In this document: piece after piece, positions 23,937 through 35,479 of the stretch | Layout: each line of letters opens with the position of its first letter | Position numbering within the stretch: position 1 is the stretch's first letter | From: Octopus bimaculoides | Taxonomy: Eukaryota | Direction: 5' to 3' | DNA: 64,000 nucleotides | Assembly: GCF_001194135.2 (NCBI RefSeq) | Contig: NC_068982.1 | Location: 57,780,514 to 57,844,513 of the forward strand | Program-made: the position numbers and the translations under genes | The notes under the pieces: generated by a model | The model's database searches: none | The model's input: the letters and a program-made list of their open reading frames with translations, nothing else | Told to the model about the DNA's origin: nothing

Positions 23937-25400
23937 TCAGGTCATCCCATAAGTTCTGTCCGATTTTACCTTTTTTAAAACTGAATGAAATTTAATAGTA
24001 TTTTAGAATGTCTAATGGAATTAAAAATTATTTTTATGCATTTGTGTACATTTAAACTAATTAAATATTATTTCACAGAATAATAGAATTAAAATTTCTT
24101 TGATTAAAACCCTTTCTAACATGGAAGTATCCAAAGAGCATTTAAGGCACATAATGCTTTATGAGTACAAAAAAGGAAACTCTGCAGCCAAAGTGTCTCG
24201 AAACATACACTCAGTTTATGGGAAAGAATGCTTANNNNNNNNNNNNNNNNNNNNNNNNNNNNNNNNNNNNNNNNNNNNNNNNNNNNNNNNNNNNNNNNNN
24301 NNNNNNNNNNNNNNNNNNNNNNNNNNNNNNNNNNNNNNNNNNNNNNNNNNNNNNNNNNNNNNNNNNNNNNNNNNNNNNNNNNNNNNNNNNNNNNNNNNNN
24401 NNNNNNNNNNNNNNNNNNNNNNNNNNNNNNNNNNNNNNNNNNNNNNNNNNNNNNNNNNNNNNNNNNNNNNNNNNNNNNNNNNNNNNNNNNNNNNNNNNNN
24501 NNNNNNNNNNNNNNNNNNNNNNNNNNNNNNNNNNNNNNNNNNNNNNNNNNNNNNNNNNNNNNNNNNNNNNNNNNNNNNNNNNNNNNNNNNNNNNNNNNNN
24601 NNNNNNNNNNNNNNNNNNNNNNNNNNNNNNNNNNNNNNNNNNNNNNNNNNNNNNNNNNNNNNNNNNNNNNNNNNNNNNNNNNNNNNNNNNNNNNNNNNNN
24701 NNNNNNNNNNNNNNNNNNNNNNNNNNNNNNNNNNNNNNNNNNNNNNNNNNNNNNNNNNNNNNNNNNNNNNNNNNNNNNNNNNNNNNNNNNNNNNNNNNNN
24801 NNNNNNNNNNNNNNNNNNNNNNNNNNNNNNNNNNNNNNNNAACTTCATTGAAAAAAGGTTCTTCTCTCTATCTGGTGGGATTGCAAAGGAGTAATTAACT
24901 TTGAATTGTTACCACCTAATGCAACAATCAATGCTCAAGTCTACTGTCAGCAATTAGAGCGTATGAACCAAGCTTTGAAGGAAAAAAGACCCGCTTTAGT
25001 GAATTGAAAAGGAGTGATGTTTCATCAGGACAATGCGTGACCCTACACTGCAAAGATCACATCACAGAAGATCGAACAGCTTGGTTGGGAAAAAATTACT
25101 CATCCACCTTATTCTCCCGACCTTGCTCCTTCAAACTGCCATTTGCTTCGCAGTTTACAGAATCATTTGGGGGACATAACTTTCACAAGCCAGGAGGAGG
25201 TCGAAACTGACATTTCAGAGTTCTTTGCTTTGAAACCAAATGAGTTTTACATTGATGGGATTAAAAAGCTTGTAAATAGATGGAAGGAAGTCACAGATAA
25301 TCAGGGAAAGTACATTGATGATTAAATTTCAATTAAATATAACATTTGATCACTTGTTTTCTTTCTTCAAAATTCGGACAGAACTTATGGGATGACCTGA
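23937..25400 (+). mobile_element. Mariner transposon with both TIRs and a disabled transposase, spanning an N gap
   Basis: TIRs tcaggtcatcccataagttctgtccga / tcggacagaacttatgggatgacctga in a TA context. MEVSKEHLRHIMLYEYKKG N-terminus; C-terminus KKVLLSIWWDCKG...FHQDNA*P...HPPYSPDLAPSNCHL with in-frame stops. Confidence 0.92.
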
Positions 25401-25458
25401 TTATATATATATATATCTTGTATTTAACATGTTTGGTTTTATTCAAAGAAATACTCAC

Positions 25459-25642
25459 CGTTTTGATATTCCTGGTAGATGAAGATGATTCAGAGATATC
25501 ACGAACATAGTTTAAACCATTACCTGAATGATTAAGAGATAATTTTTGTGGTAGACAAGGCTCTGACAGTGATGTATGAAGAAGCCAAGATTCAACGATA
25601 TTGTTTGGAGATTTTGGAGATGTTGGAGATGACCCAGGTGAT
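25459..25642 (-). CDS. CNTLN: Probable centlein exon: (R)SPGSSPTSPKSPNNIVESWLLHTSLSEPCLPQKLSLNHSGNGLNYVRDISESSSSTRNIKT
   Basis: Inside ORF 25333..25662. Donor ACG|gtgagt. Acceptor catttag at 25643-45 chosen because it matches phase 2 of the upstream exon; an alternative phase-0 acceptor would start the exon at 25668. Confidence 0.72.
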
Positions 25643-26729
25643 CTAAATGTATAATCATTCAAGAAAATCTATAATGACTTACGGAGAAAAAAATATTACA
25701 TGAAGCATTAAAATAAAAAGATAACTGAAAAAAAACCCCAAAAAAACCCAAAAGGAAAAAATATTGAAAATTCAAAATAATTACAACACAGAAGCCACTC
25801 AAAAGCTATTAGCTTCACTTAAACATTTATTATTTGGTTCAAAATTTTTGTTGTACTAATTGTGACCAGGTCAGTGACACAGACCTCCTGTCACAGTGGA
25901 ACCTTGTCAGTGACCAGGTCATAATTGGTGCAACAAAAATGCTGGCACCAAATAATAAATCTTTAAGTGAAGTTAACAGTTTTGTGTATTTTTAATGGTT
26001 AATATGTGTCTTACAAATTGTAATTGTTTTAGTTTAAACAGACAGTCTCAAATCAAATCACTTTCCAGGCAAATACATCTTCAAAATTGAAAATTTGATT
26101 AAAAAAATATTCTAATTGCAGATGTGACTGTATTGTGAGAAGCTTGCTTCCTAACCACATGGTTATGGGTTCAGTCCCACTGTGTTACACCTTGGGCAAG
26201 AGTCTTCTACGGTAGCCTCTGGCTGACCAAAGCCTCGTGAGTGGATTTGGTAGACAGAAACTAAAAGAAACCCGTTTTATATATCTTTGTATCTGTGTTG
26301 ATCCCCTGCCACTACTTGACAATCAGTGTTGGTGTCCCTTGTAACTTAGCAGTTCGACAGAAGAGACTGATAGAATGAGTGTGCGGTTTTAAAAAATAAG
26401 TACTAGGATTGATTCATTCAGCTAAAAGTTCTTCAAGATTATGCCCCAGCATGGCCACAGTCTAATAACTGAAACAAGTAAAAGAAAAGATAAACCATCA
26501 AAACTTTCTAAAAGTCTAGATTTTTGGTAGATTCTCCAAATGGATGGATGCAGGTCAAGCTCAGTCATTAAGAGATTCCCTTAGCTTCCATGTGGTTCAG
26601 AGTTCAATACTATTGCATACTGTCTTGGGCAAATACTGTCTACTAAAACTATGGGTTGATCAATGTCATGTAAGTGCAATTTAACTAAGAAAAACAGAAT
26701 TATGCCATCAGTGACTGAAGCTGGACATT

Positions 26730-27455
26730 AAGGACTGGAACATAATTGGAATGCCCTTCCTAATGCCAACCACTCTGGGAGTGTAATGGGTTCTTTTACG
26801 TGCCACCAGCATGAGGGCCAGTCAGGCGGTACTGGCAATGGCCACACTCAAATGTTGTTTTCCATGTACCACTGGCACAAGTGCCAGTAAGGCGATGCAG
26901 GTAATAATCATGCTCGAATGGTACTTTTTACGTGCCACAATCATGCTCAGATGATGCTCTTAGCGCTCCACTAGCACGGATGCCAGTCCTGCGGTGGTGT
27001 CATCGAATTCGATTCTGATTTCACTTGCCTCAACAGGTCTTCACAAGCATAGTTAAGTGTCCAATGAAAGAAAGGTACACTTAAATGGGCTGGTTACACC
27101 ACCGGCATAGGCCACAGGTTATGGTCTCACTTGGCCTGCCGGGTCTTCTTAAGCACAGCATATTTCCAAAGGTCTCGGTCACTAGTCATTGCCTCGGTGA
27201 GTCCTACTGTTCGAAGGTCGTGCTTCACCACCTCTTTCACAGTTTCCCTTGACCGCTAGGGTGTGTCACTTTTTCACACAGCTATCCTCATCCATTCGTA
27301 CCACATGACCATACCAGCGCAGTCGTCTCTCTTGCACACCACATCTGATACTTCTTAGGTCCAACTTTTCTCTCAAGGCACTTATACTCTGTCTAGTATG
27401 CACACTGACATTACACATCCAGCAGAGAATACTGGCTTCGTTCCTTGAAAGTTTA
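26730..27455 (-). mobile_element. RTE LINE 3' fragment
   Basis: ORF 27266..27511 RNEASILCWMCNVSVHTRQSISALREKLDLRSIRCGVQERRLRWYGHV, followed by the 3' UTR. Confidence 0.88.
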
Positions 27456-28189
27456 CGCAAAATATATGTGGACAAACACATTTTTGTTTTTATAACTTCC
27501 ATAGCCCTCATTTAACATCTGTCTGTCATGCTGGCATGAGATGATGGCTTTTTACAAGATCTGAGAAGCTAAGCAGGTGAACTGTACTGAACTTCAATGC
27601 CCTCCTGACATGGTTTTTATGACTGGATGCTATTCCTAACTCCAATCAATTTACAGAGTGTACTGAATGTTTTTCTTCATGACATTGGCGCTAGTGAAGT
27701 CACCAAATAACTTACAAGACAAAGAAAAGATCCTAGAATGAATGGGTTTGTAGCAGAGAGGAAACATTGGATTGGGAATGAAATTTGCTTAGGGGATGCA
27801 AACTCAGGTCCAAAGTTTTTTACAAACAAGGTTTTATTTGTTTTTTTTTTATTTATTTTTGTTCTTTGAGAAGAAATCTATCTTTGAGCTACTTTTTATG
27901 CACTGTTTTCTAAACCTGAGAAAATTAAGTTTGGGTGCAAATTTTGATTTTGCATCACCACAAAAATTTTAGGAGGTGCGCTTGCACCTCTTGCACTTCA
28001 TGTTCCTGGGCTCATAAGTGGGCGGTGACTTTATGCTAGGTGTAGAGAGACAAAGGATGATAGAGGAACAGGCACAGGAGTCTTGCTGTAGAGAAGATAG
28101 TTTCTAGAAAAAATATTTGAAGCAATGCAAGTGACTGTAATACATATTTACACAGGGATGGTATAATTCAAGAAAAATTATTAGCTTAC

Positions 28190-28281
28190 CTATGAGGATT
28201 GTGAGAAACCTTTCTATTGTTGTCTGCATTGAGCTTTTCAGGCACAACTTGCTTGGAGTCAGAATCTTGATTTGGCAGTTT
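28190..28281 (-). CDS. CNTLN: Probable centlein exon: KLPNQDSDSKQVVPEKLNADNNRKVSHNPH(R)
   Basis: Branch-like ctaac plus ctgctccattctaccttcag acceptor; donor TAG|gtaagc. 92 nt, phase 0 to 2. Confidence 0.75.
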
Positions 28282-28991
28282 CTGAAGGTAGAATGGAGCA
28301 GTTAGATGAAATCTCAGAGAATGAAAGGAGAAGACTGGGCGATAGATCATGGCAGACTGATATATCTTGTAATAATTCTGCTTGTCACTCTATTACTTAG
28401 CCCATCCGTAACACTTCCATGTGATTAGTTGAAGGGGGGTGGGTGAGGGAGAGGAGGAATGGGAAGAGGGGGAAATGAGGGGGAGGAGAGAGAGAGGTGG
28501 TGGTGAGTGAAATGTGTAATTTTTTTTAGTACTGTTTTTTTCCTTCCATTACTTAGCCTGTCTGTAACACTTTCACATGATTAGAAAGAAAAGGAGAAAA
28601 GTGAAAGAAAAACGTGAGAGAAAAAGAGGGTAAGGTGAAGAGAGAAAGAAAGAAAGAAAGAGAGAGAGTATTGTGTATTAAGTCTATAAAATTGTGCATG
28701 CATTAAGTAATCATTGTATTCCAATTTCCTTCACTTTTCAATGATCAGCAGATGAGCGACTATCTTTTGATACAGACACAACACAGGCTATGCTTTTAGG
28801 GCTTTTGGATAAAGTTTCCAGAAATAACCCAATAAGTTTACCATTAATTCTGTGAAATATTCCCGGGTCCTGCTAGTATGTATATATACATAATTGTTTG
28901 TCTGTTTGCTTGTTAGTTTGCATGTACACATGTACATTTGTATATACGCATGTATATATGTTTATGAGTGTAGCGGTCTTGTGTGTGTATG

Positions 28992-29205
28992 TACAGGGTG
29001 TCCACAAAGTCTGGGTACATTGGGATTAACACATACTTTAAGATATTATTATTTCTTATATTTAATTGTTTATGTTATGATTTTATTTACAGGCTGGGTA
29101 CATGGGGATTAACACATACTTTGAGAAATTATTATGTCTTATATTTAATTGTTTATGTTACTATTTTAGTTATTCTATGTACCCAGACTTTGTGGACACC
29201 CTGTA
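28992..29205. mobile_element. Tc1/mariner-type MITE with TA TSD and an internal tandem duplication of about 80 bp
   Basis: TA-cagggtgtccacaaagtctgggtaca ... tgtacccagactttgtggacaccctg-TA. Confidence 0.85.
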
Positions 29206-30435
29206 TATCTATATTTATGCATACAGATTAATAGAAAAAAAAACTAACATGGGCTTGGACTACAAATATGAATAAAGGTATGTTAAATACAGGATAAATT
29301 CTTGATCTATTAAAATTATCTTACCTAAATAAATAAATAAATAAATAAACAAATGCCTGGTGATATTTTGTTACCAACTCTGAATGAGGAGATAAGCTTG
29401 ATACTCAAGAATTGTCCCCAGATAAGGGAAAGACAATCTAACAATTTACTTTACCACAACCAGACATGCTGAACAAATAACAACAGTACATCTACTTGTA
29501 ACTTGGTGCTTTTGAATTGCCAAGAAAGCCTCCACATGACTGCTGGATTTGCTAGAAATAACAACAAATTTCCATCAAATTACACTCTAACATCAGTCAG
29601 TGTAATTTTTAATATATAAAAAGGTGGGATGGTCATGACTGGATTGCTTTTGATCACAGGTCTATTCCACTGGAGTGGCTCTATATATCCTCAAGCACTA
29701 TTGTACACATCCATATTTATATCTATGTACCTGTCTATCAATGTATGTGTGTGTGTGTAATGAGAACCCATAGTTTCCTCTACCAAAATTTACTTTCAAG
29801 GCTTTGATGGTAAGCCAAGTTATGGCACTCACCTAAGCTGCTGTTCAGTAGGATGAAAAACAAAGAACAACCTAGCTGTAAAGTGAGTGTGTTAACCACA
29901 CAGCCATGCTTGTGCCTTTTCTGTAACCATGAAGAACGTGTATATTCAAGGAAACTAAACTATATATACACACACGCACATGATAACTAGGATCTAGAAA
30001 CAGCAATATAGGTGGAATAAAACCTATAGAAAAATTATATTTATTATAATCCAACTGATAGCTCATCTTTTGCATGAGTTAGAGATTAACAAAGTCACAT
30101 GCAATATTGATTTCAAATTTTGATACAAGGCCAGTAATTTTGGGGGTGGGGTGAGGGTAAATCGATTACCCCCCCCCCCCCATTGCTGAGCTGGTACTTA
30201 TTTTACTGAACTCAGGACAAAAGGAAAAGCTGACCCTGGTGGAATGTAAAAAAACAGACAAAATGCTGCTAAGCATTTTTCCCAGCATGCTAACAGTTTT
30301 TCCATCTTGCCATCTTGATTGTAATACTAAAGTCCTAACAACTACATGATCATATGAAAATGAAACAATAAAGGTGCATGATAAGCTTGGTTAATTTAAC
30401 TATAGAACTTTCAGTAGAATCAACTAAGGGCTTAC

Positions 30436-30529
30436 TTGTTCTGATGAGCTCTGGATATTTCTTATAACCCTTAGTTGTTGCTCAAGTTTCTGAACTCGAT
30501 TTACTTCTTGATGAAGTCTCTTCTTTAAT
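30436..30529 (-). CDS. CNTLN: Coiled-coil protein (probable centlein), most 5' confidently placed exon: xLKKRLHQEVNRVQKLEQQLRVIRNIQSSSEQ
   Basis: Minus strand acceptor ttcttctttccag and donor CAA|gtaagc. 94 nt, phase 2 to 0, open frame with coiled-coil composition. Joins in frame to 28281. Confidence 0.8.
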
Positions 30530-32216
30530 CTGGAAAGAAGAATCATTGTTATTATGAGGACAAAGTAAAAACAGAAGCATTTAAAACATGGTATATCATG
30601 TTTGTTATGACAACACTGTATAACATGATTTTTGCCCCTGGTAACCACTGTTATTTCTTATTTGGTTACCCTTAGAAAATGTGCAAAATGGTTAATATTT
30701 CCTTCAAACTTTTCTTTTGTTACATTTATTCAAACACACGGCTATGATGCTCCCACACTACTTCTACACATGATCAGAGATGCACATATTGTCAGCCACT
30801 AAGGGACTTGCTCAAGTGGTCAAGGTCAAGCAACTGACAAGTGAATCTGTGGTACTGAGCAGAATATTTGTTTTAACAATATTTCTGCTTTGGCAACTCA
30901 GCACTGAATTTGTCTGAAATGTAATGGAAAATAGATCAGTTTTAAAACATTGATGTCCAAGTCATAAAAGCAGTTTTTTCAGGGAATAGTAGCCATTTCA
31001 TTTGATTTCTAGATAGAAGCAAACAGGAAATAACCCTTACTGATTAAGACAAAGTGCTTATTACACTATGTCTTATTACACTAAGACATAGTGTAATAAG
31101 CATGTAAGCAATCTTACAAAGGAAATTCTGAAACAGATATTTCAATATTAATCTTGTTTGTGTCACTGATGTAGAAATACGGTTTCTTATTCAAAACTCT
31201 TAAATAATTAGGTACTACAACACAATTTATTTGTACAATGATTACAAACTGCAAACTAAGTCAAACATTTCATCAATGCATATTCCATAGAAACATGCTA
31301 TACAGGAGAAGCAAACCTTTTTATTCCTTTAACTGAAGAAAAGCAGATTCTCTTGTTTTGCTAATGAGGATTTCCCAAACTAGCCATGTAAACAAGCAAA
31401 TTTCAACATCTCATACAACAATAAATTTTAGCAATAGGAAAATTCCTTAGAAAATAGAACATTTTTATTGAATCAGTCAAAACTGGGCTTAAATCAAGTT
31501 GTGGACAGATATATCAAGATGTGAATGAAGATGTTGAGGAATTGATTAAAGACTAATTAAATTTAGAAGATTCACTGACTAATTGCTAAAACAACTGGAA
31601 AATTAAAAACATTATAAGAAAATCTGTCAGTGGGACCAAAAGTATTTGATATTATATTTGAAAAATTTGCAAAAAGTGAAATATAAATATTAGTTACATC
31701 AACCCTGGTGCTCAACTGAGCAGAGAACGGGGCTTACCTCTTTGAACTGGGAAATGAATGGAATGCCTGGTGTGTGTCTTGTTGTGGCTACCCACTCCTA
31801 AAAAAATGGGGAATAGGCCTGGGTATATATATACATATATATATATATACTTTTTTCTTAGTCAACAATGTACTTTTTTTCTTCTGCAGTACTTAATAAA
31901 AAAGGGTTACTGGTAGATTCTTTTGAATTAGATAACTGTGATAAAATATTAAAAATAAAGTTGTTCTTTTTTTTCTCAACTGCTGGTGGGGCATACATTT
32001 TTCAGTAAAATTATAGTGGGGCCTGGAGGAAAATAAGTTGGGAAACACTGCCCTACTCTAAGCATTGATCAATCCCATCTTCCTATGTACTGTTCCCTCC
32101 ACTCCCCTCTGAATTCATCCTCTGTCATCATTAAGTCATCTCTGTTTCTCCAGCTGATAAGAACCAGGAAAAAAGGTTATATGCAAACCCCCACTTTCTC
32201 ATTAGTGAAATTTCAA

Positions 32217-32276
<60 letters not shown>

Positions 32277-32829
32277 GTAAAGCAGTTTATGTATAACAAA
32301 GTATGAACTCACAAACATTGATATAACTTACATGTGCCATCCCAGCCCACAACCATCATCATCACTTCAACTAATAAAGCTTTATTATTGATTAACTAAG
32401 TCAATCAATAACGATAAAAGCAAATAAATTCATTACATTTTATCAATGAATATATAAAATACGAAGAGATATATCATAATTCCAATAATTATGAATAGCT
32501 CAATCTCTTTTGATTGCGTTGTTATGTTATGTTATTTTATTATCCCTTCTTAAGTTGCCAGCATGTGTTAGATCCATTAAGACCAGCAGAGTAGATTTTA
32601 ATTTTGAAGAAAGAAGGAATGTGTAGGGTGGCAGTGTGTGTGTGTGTGGGGAGGGGGGTATCAGATTGCTTTTTGAGCTTAATGGAAAAGCTTTACTGGA
32701 AATATGCTTATGTTGTTTTCTTTTCTTTTTTTAAATATAGATATAAACTGTGTCAAGAATATGTTTTGCAATATCTTGTAATAGACAAACTGTCTCTGAT
32801 TCATTTCCGGATTGTTCTATAATTCATTA

Positions 32830-32882
<53 letters not shown>

Positions 32883-33959
32883 GAAGAGAAAGTCATAACA
32901 AGTAACCTATAATTTTCAAAATTGCCTGACCTATAAATTTTCATAAGATTTATTATATTTCGAATTCTTAAATGATTTTTGTTGTTAGACTATGGCCATG
33001 CTGGGGTCATGACCTATATTTATTGATCGATACCTGTTTTATTGAATATAGAAGAATGAAATACATAGTAAACCTGGGTGAATTTCAATTGAGAATATAA
33101 AGGGATATAGACGGAATCCACAACATTGATTTTCATTTATTTGCAGGTTGGTAATATAGATACCAATCATAAACTGGCGCTGACTCAATCATTTACTTTA
33201 GATCTTTCCACAAAATGTGTAAGATATACAAGAAGGAATCTCAAATGAAAGGCAAGTTGTAAGAAAATGAATTAATATTGTTTTAACTAATCAGTGAGTT
33301 AATACAATAGCTTGTATTATCGTCATTGTCCTTTTAATACCTACTTTTCCATGTCTGCATGGGTCAGATGGAATTTATTGAGGTAGATTTTCAAAGGCTG
33401 GATGCCCTCCATGTTGCCAACCCTCGCCTGTTTCCAAGCAAGGTTATCTTTCTCTGTGGCCAGACATGTTCTTGCGAAATATTGGAAATGAATGACATAG
33501 CTTGCATGAATGATAGTGACATTCATTTTACACTTATCACAAGATATGAAGATGAGGAGACACAAACACACAACAATAATAATAATAATAATAAAAAGAA
33601 TGTGGTTGATATATACATTCTTTTTATTATTATTATCGTTGTATTTTGACCTGAAGATTAGCTATATTTTTGAATAGAATTGATTTTCGATCGATTTAAT
33701 CGATTTGAATATATTTTATTTCCTATTTGAAAACTTGGTTATGAAACACGTGTAGTCATTTTATTATCATTATTTTATGATTTTACTTTGTATTATATTA
33801 TACTTATTTATCGTGCATTTACTTATTAATTTTTCTATATGTGACTGTGAATTTTCATGGATGAGTTTATGAACTTTGGTTCTTTTCTCTCAAACCATAT
33901 ATATATATATATATATATGAATGAATATACATACATGTTTGTATGTATATATATATATA

Positions 33960-34098
33960 CATATATATATATAAATATACATACATGTATATATATATAA
34001 AAATATAAATATACATACATGTATATATATATAAAAATATAAATATACATACATGTATATATATATAAAAATATAAATATACATACATGTGTGTATAT
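33960..34098. repeat. 34-bp AT-rich tandem repeat running into an N gap
   Basis: Unit taaatatacatacatgtatatatatataaaaata repeated about four times. Confidence 0.85.
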
Positions 34099-34263
34099 NN
34101 NNNNNNNNNNNNNNNNNNNNNNNNNNNNNNNNNNNNNNNNNNNNNNNNNNNNNNNNNNNNNNNNNNNNNNNNNNNNNNNNNNNNNNNNNNNNNNNNNNNN
34201 NNNNNNNNNNNNNNNNNNNNNNNNNNNNNNNNNNNNNNNNNNNNNNNNNNNNNNNNNNNNNNN

Positions 34264-34299
<36 letters not shown>

Positions 34300-34437
34300 T
34301 GGTGCTGAGTTCAAATCACTTTAAGAGGATTTCCAGTTGGGACCATTTAATCAGATTCTCATTGGAATATATAACAAGACTATGGTGTTAGAAAATTACT
34401 ATTTTTGAATCTCACAACGAGAGATATTCAACAACAG

Positions 34438-34822
34438 TACTTTGGAGTGTTTGCCAACATAACATGGCAGTCCTGGTTTAGGACGAATGTTGTTGTAATT
34501 TAGCCCCAAGAGTCACCGTCTCCAGCTGGCTATATGATACGATCTGCGTCCTTATATTTTCGAACAAGGGAATTTAGTACCCCAAATCAGCTCAGAACAA
34601 TATCTGCGTATTGCAATTTCCAGAATAACCAGGAAATCACGATACACAGATATTGTTTTGAGCTGAGTGGGGGTGCTAGATTTCCTTGTTCGAAAATATA
34701 AGGATACAGATTGTGTCGTATAGCCAGCTGGAAGCAATGTCTCCTGGGGCTAAATTACAGCAACATTCGTCCTAAACCAGGACTGCCATGTTATGTTGGC
34801 AAACAATCTTTACTCCAAGACT
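34438..34822. mobile_element. Foldback (palindromic) MITE, about 380 bp
   Basis: gtttgccaacataacatggcagtcctggtttaggacgaatgttg... is mirrored by ...caacattcgtcctaaaccaggactgccatgttatgttggcaaac; the arms pair for about 160 bp. Confidence 0.85.
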
Positions 34823-35479
34823 ACGGCATGTTTAGTGGTTCTCTACGTGGGTTAAAGGCCATTAATTTAATTTATCTTCTCTTATATCTTTTAATTGTTT
34901 CAGCCATTAGACTGCGGCCATGCTGGAGCACCATTTTGAAGAACTTTTAGTCAAATGAATCGATTCCAGTGCTTATTTTTTAAGCCTGGTACTTATTCTA
35001 TTAGTTTCTGGACCACTAAGTTACAGAGGACATAAACACACCAACACCAGTTGTCAAGTGGTGATGGATGGGGGGCAAACAGACACAAAGACACACACAC
35101 ATAGATATATATTGATATATATATACATATATGATGGGCTTCTGTCAGTTTCCATCTACCAAATCCACTCACAAGGCTTGGTCAGCCTGAAGCTATAGTA
35201 GAAGACACATGCCCAAGATGCTACGCAGTGGGACTGAACTCAGAATCATGTGGTTTGGAAGCCAGCTTCCTACCACACAGCCACTCCTATTGCTGACAAA
35301 TCTTGGCATAAGGCCAGGAAATTCAGGGGTAGATTTAAGTCAATTACATCAACTCCAGTGCTCAACTGGTGCTTATTTCATTGACCCCAAAAGGATGGAA
35401 GGCAAAATCAACCTAGGTGGAATCTGAACTCAGAATGTAAAGACCAGTGAAATAACACCAGGCATTTTGTCTATCAGCT

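Noticed and set aside
32060-32160. Minus-strand exon-like stretch WRNRDDLMMTEDEFRGEWREQYIGRWD
   Set aside because: Has an acceptor but no convincing donor before the stop.
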